Part shown: piece by piece, positions 1 to 6,554 of the stretch | Position numbering within the stretch: the stretch's first letter is position 1 | How the letters are laid out: each line of letters opens with the position of its first letter | Virus record (IMG/VR): IMGVR_UViG_3300046170_000347 | Location: 5,400 to 69,399 of that record | Source: a virus | Length of the DNA: 64,000 nucleotides | Direction: 5' to 3' (one strand) | Made by a program: the position numbers and the translations under genes | Notes under the pieces: generated by a model | Database searches by the model: none | What the model was told of the DNA's origin: nothing | What the model saw: only the letters and a program-made list of their open reading frames with translations

Positions 1-442
1 TCCGTTGTCTGAACTTAATACTTGACCTGTCGAGCCAGCGTCACCGTTCTTGTCTAGTAAGGCGTCTGTCTGCAAGGTGCTAATACTAGCATAAGAAGAT
101 ACGTTTAAAGTAAACGTGTTAATCGCGCCATTGTTTATAATAACCTGGTTTGCAGAGCCAGGAGTAAATTTAACTATGGAATTAAATGTAAATGCATTAA
201 CTCCGTCATAAGTAAGTAATGAATCACCGATAGTAGTGGATCCGGTAAAAATAGGTACTGTATTTAGCGTGCCAGATCCTGTAATACCGCTTGTTGATGA
301 TACAACATACGATGCTAAATTGTCTATTGTTAGGCTTTTTGTCCGATTTTTATTAGGAGCTAGTTGCTCTGAATCGGTTATAACTAAAAAGTCTCCACCC
401 TGCTGGTGATGTTTTTTCTGGGTAACTATATATTATAGCCAT
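1..442 (-). CDS. Tail fibre N-terminal part (allele A of 60195..62294), runs off the window; one likely sequencing frameshift near 400
   Basis: 128-442 aligns to 61981-62294 with scattered substitutions (MAIIYSYPEK start); 1-127 encodes a diverged but homologous continuation (GQVLSS motif). Confidence 0.8.
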
Positions 443-443
443 A

Positions 444-992
444 TTAAGATAATATTTTGTATGTTATATATAAATCACATCCTCCATTAGCTGTACCACT
501 GTTGGTTGGATCTGCATCGTCAGATGTTCCAAACTTTAAACTTGCATTTGTTCTCATACTTCCACTAGATATAGGCACTGCGTCAACACCCACTACCGGT
601 GATCCCCCTATTTGATTCATTATAGTTGTTGGGATTACAGCTTCATGTATTGAAGTTGAATTTCCTGGATCCCAGGATATTACCCCTGTACCTGTAAAAG
701 TATAATTTTGCCCTATAACTGTACCATTTGGTTGTATAGCAACAGAAATCATTTGTATTACTTTTCCGCTAGACGGTAAGGTAACTAAAGTTACGTTAGA
801 TGTTCCAAGAGTTTGAATTTGAGCATCTGTTATAGATATTTTAGTTGTAACTATTTCTGGAGTGCTAGCTATAGCGTTTATACTGCCGATGCTTGCTGTT
901 TTAGTTGGATTACCTTCTACCGACGTGTCTGATATAAGTACTAAATCACTTGACTTTGGCGTTATTGTGGGATAAGAATTAATTATTGCCAT
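444..992 (-). CDS. Small fibre/accessory virion protein, allele A (182 aa)
   Basis: First ~40 aa (MAIINSYP...DLVLISDTSVEGNPTKTA) shared with 62296..62748; C-terminal domain unrelated. Confidence 0.7.
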   Translation of the reverse strand: MAIINSYPTITPKSSDLVLISDTSVEGNPTKTASIGSINAIASTPEIVTTKISITDAQIQTLGTSNVTLVTLPSSGKVIQMISVAIQPNGTVIGQNYTFTGTGVISWDPGNSTSIHEAVIPTTIMNQIGGSPVVGVDAVPISSGSMRTNASLKFGTSDDADPTNSGTANGGCDLYITYKILS

Positions 993-998
993 GTTTTT

Positions 999-1249
999 CT
1001 AAGTTTTTTCTAATCTGTTTGTCTCTGGGTTGTATTCATGAGTATGCACGCTTTCATCAGCTCTGTCAAATGCACGTTCTTCAGCTGCTCATGCTGTTTC
1101 TTTTATGGAATTTATCGCTAAGTGTACCGTCTAGGTTTAAAAATCCGTTTTTCTTCATCATTTTTAAAGCAAATGCGCGATCACCACCGAGTTGTTCTAT
1201 TAATCTAGGGATAAGCTCCCCGGGGTCCTGTGAATCTAGTAGTTTCCAT
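999..1249 (-). CDS. Hypothetical protein, allele A of 62752..63000 (apparent frameshift errors)
   Basis: METTRFTGP start and near-identical DNA down to ~1087; diverged C-terminus ERAFDRADESVHTHEY vs ARAHDRAGTTPHTHTY. Confidence 0.65.
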
Positions 1250-1255
1250 ATTACT

Positions 1256-1285
1256 ATATACTTACATATAAAGGCGAAAACTTAC
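1256..1285 (-). promoter_or_regulatory. Class II (middle/late) promoter candidate at start of the late arm
   Basis: Minus strand reads GTAAGT-N14-GTAAGTATATA, same architecture as sites at 10372, 35276, 42671, 52216 and 60165. Confidence 0.55.
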
Positions 1286-1290
1286 AAAGT

Positions 1291-1335
1291 GTGACAATAG
1301 GGTACTACTTATATACCTTAGAAGGCTAATGTCAC
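1291..1335. promoter_or_regulatory. 45-bp dyad operator candidate GTGACA-N33-TGTCAC
   Basis: Same arms, spacing and AGGCTAATGTCAC half-site recur at 8940-8984. Confidence 0.6.
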
Positions 1336-1380
1336 TGTATAAAACTAGGGGCCATAGCAAATAGAGAGTATTGGTGTTGA

Positions 1381-1500
1381 ATTTTACTATTTTTTTTTTA
1401 GTTTTTTTGTAAAATCGTTTAATTTAACCCAGCCCTACGTCCATATCCCTGATCATATCATATCATTTTAACATTTAATCTGATCATATCATAATCATAT
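1381..1500. repeat. Candidate origin/packaging region: T-tract in ATTTTAC/GTAAAAT inverted repeat, plus CTGATCATATCATA x2
   Basis: Direct repeats at 1449-1462 and 1480-1493 (31-bp period) in the non-coding gap between the divergent arms. Confidence 0.45.
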
Positions 1501-1539
1501 TTAGGCGTTTCATTATAACTAACAAATTCATTTTAGTAA

Positions 1540-1572
1540 TTACAAACAAAATACTTTATTAATTGGATAATA
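1540..1572 (+). promoter_or_regulatory. Class I early promoter motif, copy 1
   Basis: TACAAACAAAATA...TGGATAATA with TACAAA to GGATAAT offset of exactly 24 nt in all 7 copies. Confidence 0.75.
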
Positions 1573-1586
1573 ATATAAACAAAACT

Positions 1587-1754
1587 ATGCTACTTATAAA
1601 TAAATTTCAAATAAAATTAACTTACAACTTATTAACAAATAATTATATTTCATTAACATTTATAAATAACAAACTTATAATTTTAAATAACAATTCAAAT
1701 ATTGATATTCCAAAATTACTTACAAAAAATAATATTACTTACAAAATAATATAA
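1587..1754 (+). CDS. Small early hypothetical protein
   Basis: ATG just downstream of promoter motif; the ORF-track start at 1563 lies inside the motif. Confidence 0.5.
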   Translation: MLLINKFQIKLTYNLLTNNYISLTFINNKLIILNNNSNIDIPKLLTKNNITYKII

Positions 1755-1757
1755 TAA

Positions 1758-1790
1758 TTACAAACAAAATTAATTCTTAATTGGATAATA
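1758..1790 (+). promoter_or_regulatory. Class I early promoter motif, copy 2
   Basis: TTACAAACAAAATT...TTGGATAATA, same spacing. Confidence 0.75.
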
Positions 1791-1829
1791 TAATAAACTA
1801 ATAAATACTAATATAAATACATAATAACT

Positions 1830-2057
1830 ATGCAAACTTTAAATTCAAAAAGATTTGTTGTCAGAAAATCACTTATTGGCACAAATACAATTATCAATGT
1901 CACTTTCAAAAATGGCAAAACTTACAAATATTCACATGATAAAGTATTCAATATCATGAAAAGTAAACTAGAAACTATGCCTTGTTTTCTAAAATACAAG
2001 TCATACACTTCAAGTACTTCAGTACCTGTAGTTCTAAGAGATAAAGAGGTAGTATAA
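1830..2057 (+). CDS. Early hypothetical protein (75 aa)
   Basis: ORF after promoter motif, followed by hairpin; identical protein in repeat copy. Confidence 0.75.
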   Translation: MQTLNSKRFVVRKSLIGTNTIINVTFKNGKTYKYSHDKVFNIMKSKLETMPCFLKYKSYTSSTSVPVVLRDKEVV

Positions 2058-2071
2058 TACTACTTCTTTAT
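2043..2071 (+). terminator. Hairpin/terminator candidate
   Basis: AAAGAGGTAGTA-TAA-TACTACTTCTTT. Confidence 0.5.
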
Positions 2072-2151
2072 TACTCACAGTTAAACTTGGAGTAGTACCT
2101 TTACTATAAATTAAACTAATAAATAATAATACACCTATAAATAATACTTAT

Positions 2152-2253
2152 ATGAGAAAATTCATTCACACTATAATCTTGAAAATCAGTAGCTTTAAAC
2201 TCTCTGACTACATAGAAGTTGGCAGTGCACCTGATGAAACAACTTGGAGATAA
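2152..2253 (+). CDS. 33-aa early ORF (MRKFIHTIILK...)
   Basis: Read by hand; AT-rich leader; ends just before next promoter motif. Confidence 0.45.
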   Translation: MRKFIHTIILKISSFKLSDYIEVGSAPDETTWR

Positions 2254-2258
2254 CAACT

Positions 2259-2291
2259 TCACAAACAAAATACAATATCCTTTGGATAATA
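2259..2291 (+). promoter_or_regulatory. Class I early promoter motif, copy 3
   Basis: CACAAACAAAATA...TTGGATAATA. Confidence 0.7.
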
Positions 2292-2323
2292 TAATAAATA
2301 CTAATTAATAAAATAATAATACT

Positions 2324-2443
2324 ATGTCTAACAAATCTTACACCTTACTAAAAATATCTCTCAGAATATTCAAAAAACATTATCTTGAACTCACTGATGA
2401 GCAAAAGTCTGAAGTGTTAGATATATACTATGACTTTTATTAA
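2324..2443 (+). CDS. 39-aa early ORF (MSNKSYTLLK...)
   Basis: Read by hand; follows promoter motif. Confidence 0.55.
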   Translation: MSNKSYTLLKISLRIFKKHYLELTDEQKSEVLDIYYDFY

Positions 2444-2450
2444 AACAACT

Positions 2451-2575
2451 GGAGTGAATGGCTTGGTAGTAAATCTAGAAGTGCTTAATACAGATGAAAG
2501 ACTCTGTGGGTATTTACCAAAATACTAGGTAAATCTTGCTAGTGTATAAGGGAGGTTCAATTCCTCTACACTCCA
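2451..2575 (+). ncRNA. Anticodon-less tRNA-like RNA
   Basis: Acceptor GGAGTG/CACTCC-A, T-arm GGAGG-TTCAATT-CCTCT, internal helices CTAG/CTAG, ACAGA/TCTGT, ATTTACC/GGTAAAT; intergenic. Confidence 0.7.
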
Positions 2576-2579
2576 CTAA

Positions 2580-2612
2580 TTACAAATAAAATAAAATATC
2601 CTTTGGATAATA
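2580..2612 (+). promoter_or_regulatory. Class I early promoter motif, copy 4
   Basis: TTACAAATAAAATA...TTGGATAATA. Confidence 0.75.
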
Positions 2613-2626
2613 ATATAAAATAAACT

Positions 2627-2776
2627 ATGCAAAATACTATTACAATACAAATAGATGAAGACAATGATATCTTTGAGCTCACTGTTGACAATAAAACTTA
2701 TGACTTATATAATGTCTATGACTCAAAATATGGTGACTTCTTTGATGAACTAAATATACTAATTGATACACTATAA
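2627..2776 (+). CDS. 49-aa acidic early ORF (MQNTITIQIDEDNDIFEL...)
   Basis: Read by hand; follows promoter motif; Asp/Glu-rich. Confidence 0.55.
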   Translation: MQNTITIQIDEDNDIFELTVDNKTYDLYNVYDSKYGDFFDELNILIDTL

Positions 2777-2780
2777 TACT

Positions 2781-3035
2781 ATGCAACACAGAAATGTACC
2801 TTACAAATATGAAAAGTGGACATCTTTTGATGGCACAGAGTGTTCTGCATTTACATGCAAATACTTCAACTTTCACCCTTATCACATTATGTCTTTCTCT
2901 ACAGAACTAGAACAAGATATGATCGCTCAAATCGATGAGTACATAGATAACAGAGAAGTTTACAAAATCAAGAAAGATCTGTCTACTCAAGCAGCAGCAG
3001 ACTTCTACAAAATATTAAACTATAAAGGTGATTAA
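2781..3035 (+). CDS. Early hypothetical protein
   Basis: ORF track 2763..3035; ATG at 2781 follows the preceding stop. Confidence 0.6.
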   Translation: MQHRNVPYKYEKWTSFDGTECSAFTCKYFNFHPYHIMSFSTELEQDMIAQIDEYIDNREVYKIKKDLSTQAAADFYKILNYKGD

Positions 3036-3529
3036 CTATGCAATTTATACAAATAACTAATGGTAAAGAGATAGACATGACTTCTCTTATAATAAAACAA
3101 ATACAAGGTGAGATCACTAGAGATGAAGTCTTACAGGTAATTAATGATAATATAGTAAAAAATTCAGATGAGATATAATATAATATATTGGTGTAATGGC
3201 ACCTATGAACCAGAAATAATAGATCAAGCATTAACTAAAAGCTCAGCTCTTTACCTTGTACAAGAGTACAGAATTGCTTTTAAATCAACTAACATAAGCT
3301 ATCAAAGAATATGAAAACACTTAAATTAACAGAAAATGATTGCATTTTTGTGCACTATGTACTAAGAATGTATGCTACAACTACAGAAGGATTAGATCAA
3401 GAAGACAAAGAAGAAATATATGAAGTCGCAGCTAAATTCAAATAAAAGAAGACATAAGCACACTAAGCTACTACAAGTACAGATCAGAATGATTGAAGAC
3501 GAGTGGTATGATCGCTTAAATAAAAGTAT

Positions 3530-3562
3530 TTACAAACAAAATACAAACACTATTGGATAATA
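3530..3562 (+). promoter_or_regulatory. Class I early promoter motif, copy 5
   Basis: TTACAAACAAAATA...TTGGATAATA. Confidence 0.75.
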
Positions 3563-3576
3563 TAATAAACAAAACT

Positions 3577-3768
3577 ATGCAACAAATAAAATTCTTACCC
3601 AACAACCATATTCGCCTCGGCAATAAAACTTACAAAGGTTACCATGTCGGCGAGCTACCACCTAAATTTGCTTTTATCTACAATGAAGATCAAGACAAAG
3701 ACGGTGTAAGCGAATGGTTTAACTACAAAGGTTTAACTTACATTGAAAAAGTTGACTTACCATGGTAG
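3577..3768 (+). CDS. Early hypothetical protein
   Basis: ATG downstream of promoter motif; coupled to next ORF. Confidence 0.65.
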   Translation: MQQIKFLPNNHIRLGNKTYKGYHVGELPPKFAFIYNEDQDKDGVSEWFNYKGLTYIEKVDLPW

Positions 3769-4013
3769 TAACTAACATGAGACAACTGCTAATCTATGCA
3801 GAGCAGCAAAAGAAACTACGTGCAAGCGAGCATAGGCGTAAGCACGCACATGACGGCAAGTGTAGTGGACTTAGCGATGCTGAGTACAATCGAGTTAAGC
3901 ATCCTCAGAAGTCTACCTTTACGAAGGCTAGAAAGTTCACTCACAACCGTATGTGGCGAGATCACACAAAGAAATTTACAGTAGAACAACTAAAACAAAT
4001 AAAAACCCTATGA
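3762..4013 (+). CDS. Basic hypothetical protein
   Basis: Overlapping start/stop with neighbours. Confidence 0.6.
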   Translation: MVVTNMRQLLIYAEQQKKLRASEHRRKHAHDGKCSGLSDAEYNRVKHPQKSTFTKARKFTHNRMWRDHTKKFTVEQLKQIKTL

Positions 4014-4453
4014 CAAATTGGCAAAAAGAGCAGTTTATGCTCGAAGAACAGTTCGTAAAGCGTATGCTTATCGACTACAATATCAGAGAAGTAACAACAC
4101 AGCGGCAGGCTAAAAACAGTACTCGCGAGTTTGAGTTTCCTGTGCCTGCATATACTAAACAAAGACTTAAGTGGCATGCTAAACGAAGTAATATAAAAGA
4201 TCTACCAAGATTACGCATTGCTTGTTTCAAATCAGGCTATGTACGTAAGCAAAACGGTGCAGACAGAGCTTATCAACTAAATCCTACATACAATCAAGAA
4301 CAAAGATATGTGTGGATGCGACAAGGTGAGTTCACTGAAAGCTCAGGGTTATATACATCAAAGTTTACTACTAAAGCTCGTGCGCTTATAACATCACCTC
4401 TTGTACGACTAAACTTTATGTTAAACTATTACCTTAAAAACTACGCAAAATGA
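4010..4453 (+). CDS. Hypothetical protein
   Basis: ATGA overlap with upstream stop; long ORF in operon. Confidence 0.7.
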   Translation: MTNWQKEQFMLEEQFVKRMLIDYNIREVTTQRQAKNSTREFEFPVPAYTKQRLKWHAKRSNIKDLPRLRIACFKSGYVRKQNGADRAYQLNPTYNQEQRYVWMRQGEFTESSGLYTSKFTTKARALITSPLVRLNFMLNYYLKNYAK

Positions 4454-4641
4454 AAGAATATATAGATAACGAACTAAAAAAACTAGATCGAGCAATTGTA
4501 GCTACGCCTACAGAAGAGTATCTTGATGACTTTGCTAAATGTAATCAAGGAAGTAATGACTTTTTACTAATGCAAATGGCTAAGAACTATGGCTATCAAC
4601 TAGCTTTACTTAACATTAAAAACAAATTAAATGGTAACTGA
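4450..4641 (+). CDS. Hypothetical protein
   Basis: Translationally coupled ORF. Confidence 0.65.
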   Translation: MKEYIDNELKKLDRAIVATPTEEYLDDFAKCNQGSNDFLLMQMAKNYGYQLALLNIKNKLNGN

Positions 4642-4840
4642 AAAAGCTACATACTATGTAGAAACATGGATAAATGGTAATAAAAACCACGTAATAAAAA
4701 CACTTGCTTACTTGCTTACTAGTGATTCAATAGCAAATAGAATAGATTATACTAATATATTATCAAAGTTTATTGCTTATGATAGTGACTTAGCTCTAAC
4801 AGTGATTGATAGAGTTTTAAATAAAATATATGGAAAATGA
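4631..4840 (+). CDS. Hypothetical protein
   Basis: Translationally coupled ORF. Confidence 0.6.
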   Translation: MVTEKATYYVETWINGNKNHVIKTLAYLLTSDSIANRIDYTNILSKFIAYDSDLALTVIDRVLNKIYGK

Positions 4841-5031
4841 GTAAAATGAAAGAAATAGATTCGATAGCACAAGGTGTAGCGGATCACTGCTGGGAAATAC
4901 TATATGACAGTGTTGCTTGGCAAATAGCAGACGAACCTGTAAACGGTGATGATTACAATGATCTTCACGCTGATGTAATGGATCGAGCAATCGAATACCT
5001 TTACAAACAAAATACAATCGCTAATGGATAA
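4837..5031 (+). CDS. Acidic hypothetical protein
   Basis: ATGA overlap; C-terminus encoded by promoter motif copy 6. Confidence 0.65.
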   Translation: MSKMKEIDSIAQGVADHCWEILYDSVAWQIADEPVNGDDYNDLHADVMDRAIEYLYKQNTIANG

Positions 5032-5033
5032 TA
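5001..5033 (+). promoter_or_regulatory. Class I early promoter motif, copy 6 (upstream of Zn-finger gene and RNA cluster)
   Basis: TTACAAACAAAATA...ATGGATAATA. Confidence 0.75.
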
Positions 5034-5048
5034 TAATAAAATAAAAAT

Positions 5049-5237
5049 ATGTATTGTAAATGTGGACAAACAGTGCATCCGGTGCGCTTAGAATTAGGAT
5101 ATAAAACATGCGTTTCATGTAGTACAACTCAAACGTACTCTTATGTACCTATCATAGAGCATAAAACAGGTAATACAATACAAATCGTCAGCCAAGAAGT
5201 AAGCGCATCAGTGCACAGAGCTTGGCGGCGTAAATGA
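5049..5237 (+). CDS. DksA/TraR-like C4 zinc-finger protein
   Basis: CKCG...RLELG..TCVSC pattern resembles the DksA/TraR Zn finger. Confidence 0.6.
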   Translation: MYCKCGQTVHPVRLELGYKTCVSCSTTQTYSYVPIIEHKTGNTIQIVSQEVSASVHRAWRRK

Positions 5238-5348
5238 TGGAAGCACCGTAATGGTCCATCAAATAGCTAGACGAGTAGCTTAATTAGGTTAAGACAGTAT
5301 CTCAGATTTATCTGTTTAAGTATCTTAACACATAAGTGAATAGCTAGC
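5235..5348 (+). ncRNA. Structured intergenic RNA candidate
   Basis: Helices TGATGGA/TCCATCA, GTTAAGA/TCTTAAC, CAGAT/ATCTG; no convincing ORF. Confidence 0.35.
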
Positions 5349-5350
5349 GG

Positions 5351-5445
5351 GAACTAGGTCAGGTAAGACGCGCACCGGTCAAAAGACAGTGGTGCACCGC
5401 GCTTAGGCTACCGACGGGTATGAGGTTCGAATCCTCACTAGTTAC
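5351..5445 (+). ncRNA. Anticodon-less tRNA-like RNA
   Basis: Acceptor AACTAG/CTAGTT, perfect T-arm TGAGG-TTCGAAT-CCTCA, 12-nt GTCAGGTAAGAC segment, long arm capped GTC-AAAA-GAC, extra TACC-GACG-GGTA hairpin. Confidence 0.7.
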
Positions 5446-5598
5446 AAATCGTACAGTATCACGGATTGCAGAGTAATTAACTGCATGCACGGTGGAAGTC
5501 CGACTGCGGATGTGATGAGTAATAATGCAAGTGTATGAGGTTCTTAGCCCTCCACTAAAAATACTCAAAGAGAATTTGCATAGATAACTGTACTTTTT

Positions 5599-5701
5599 GG
5601 GCGTGAAATGGTTAGACTATTGGAAGTTAGCGCGTAAATCTGCAAGACAGTAGCCCACTAACTCATATATAGTAACGCAGGTTCGACTCCTGCCACGTCC
5701 A
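5599..5701 (+). ncRNA. Minimal tmRNA-like RNA (tRNA-like domain with 27-nt loop)
   Basis: Acceptor GGGCGTG/CACGTCC with G3.U70 and A73; stemless loop AAATGGTTAGAC; helices ACTAT/ATAGT and AGTTAG/CTAACT; T-arm GCAGG-TTCGACT-CCTGC. Confidence 0.8.
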
Positions 5702-5706
5702 CTAAT

Positions 5707-5790
5707 AGAGAGATGGCAGATATGCAGTTCATGGCTTGTCCAACACAAACCCTAACGGGAAATCGAAGTGCTTCGTGGACACATCTCTCT
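5707..5790 (+). ncRNA. Structured RNA candidate (multi-branch hairpin)
   Basis: AGAGAGATG/CATCTCTCT, TGTCCA/TGGACA, CCC-TAAC-GGG, CGAA-GTGC-TTCG. Confidence 0.5.
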
Positions 5791-5803
5791 TATAATATTA
5801 CAT

Positions 5804-5876
5804 CGCGCTGTAGAGCAGTGGCCAGCTCGCAAGGCTCATAACCTTGAGGTCGTCGGTTCGAATCCGGCCAGCGCAA
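5804..5876 (+). tRNA. Initiator tRNA-fMet (CAT); CCA not encoded
   Basis: Full cloverleaf, C1:A72 mismatch, anticodon arm CAAGG-CTCATAA-CCTTG, GGTTCGAATCC T-arm. Confidence 0.93.
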
Positions 5877-5897
5877 CTAATTTTAAAACAAGAATAA

Positions 5898-6095
5898 ATG
5901 CCAAATATGAGTTATTGTCGGTTTGAAAACACCGTCACAGACATGAGAGATTGCATAAATGCGATCGAAGATCGAGAAACAGATGAGCTTAGCAACTATG
6001 AAGTTAATGCTCTTTCAAATTTTTTAGATCTTGCGAGAGAAATTACTAACCTCGAATATGAAATCGAAGAAATACTAGGTGAATATGACAGCTAA
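5898..6095 (+). CDS. Phage hypothetical protein (NMSYCRFENT type)
   Basis: ORF with N-terminal motif familiar from many phages; acidic. Confidence 0.75.
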   Translation: MPNMSYCRFENTVTDMRDCINAIEDRETDELSNYEVNALSNFLDLAREITNLEYEIEEILGEYDS

Positions 6096-6357
6096 AGTTA
6101 GACAAATGAAGAGTGTTAGATCAGGTAATCCTGCAGCTAATCAATTTATTATATACACTGACGAAGGTAATTACTTTCAAAGCTATGACAGCGTTATTGC
6201 TTTTAGAGGTGAGGACAATAAAATTACACTAGACGAGTACTATTGGGATTACTCTCGTACTACAAGTAAATACCGCAACCAGTTTTTAGGTGAAAGTATT
6301 GTAGATACAAGAGCTAAGATAGAATCAGGTGAGTATAAGCTAGCAGATCTTAATTAA
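6085..6357 (+). CDS. Phage hypothetical protein (FQSYDSVIA ... YSRTTSKYRNQF type)
   Basis: Coupled ORF; motif familiar from phage early regions. Confidence 0.75.
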   Translation: MTAKVRQMKSVRSGNPAANQFIIYTDEGNYFQSYDSVIAFRGEDNKITLDEYYWDYSRTTSKYRNQFLGESIVDTRAKIESGEYKLADLN

Positions 6358-6554
6358 TGAAAGATTTTGTTAAATTTACTGTCGTATGGATCAGTCAAAA
6401 CCTTGCAATACCTTTCTGGGTTGTAGGTCATATACACTTATCTATACATACCTTTCATGATCTTTATGAAGGGTTAGCTAGCTTATGTCTACATTTAATT
6501 GTAGGTGTAGGCTTCTATATAGATTACAAACAAAATAAAAACACTAATGGATAA
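6357..6554 (+). CDS. Small membrane protein
   Basis: Two hydrophobic segments; TAATG overlap. Confidence 0.65.
   Translation: MKDFVKFTVVWISQNLAIPFWVVGHIHLSIHTFHDLYEGLASLCLHLIVGVGFYIDYKQNKNTNG

Larger units (their letters stand above)
128..2248. repeat. Left copy of genome-length redundancy (unit ~61.75 kb)
   Basis: ~1087-2248 is near-identical to ~62839-64000 (offset 61751-61752); 128-442 matches 61981-62294; 443-1086 is only partly homologous. Confidence 0.95.

Noticed and set aside
1563-1586. Shared MDNNINKTM-like N-terminus of ORFs at 1563, 3553 and 6547
   Set aside because: It is the translation of the promoter motif; real starts are the downstream ATGs.
5466-5515. Twister- or hammerhead-like ribozyme (TAACTGCA...CGGTGGAAGTCCG; GTGATGAG)
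   Set aside because: Twister pseudoknot pairing cannot be formed and the loop is short; hammerhead CUGAUGA/GAAA core is absent. Kept only as unassigned structured RNA.
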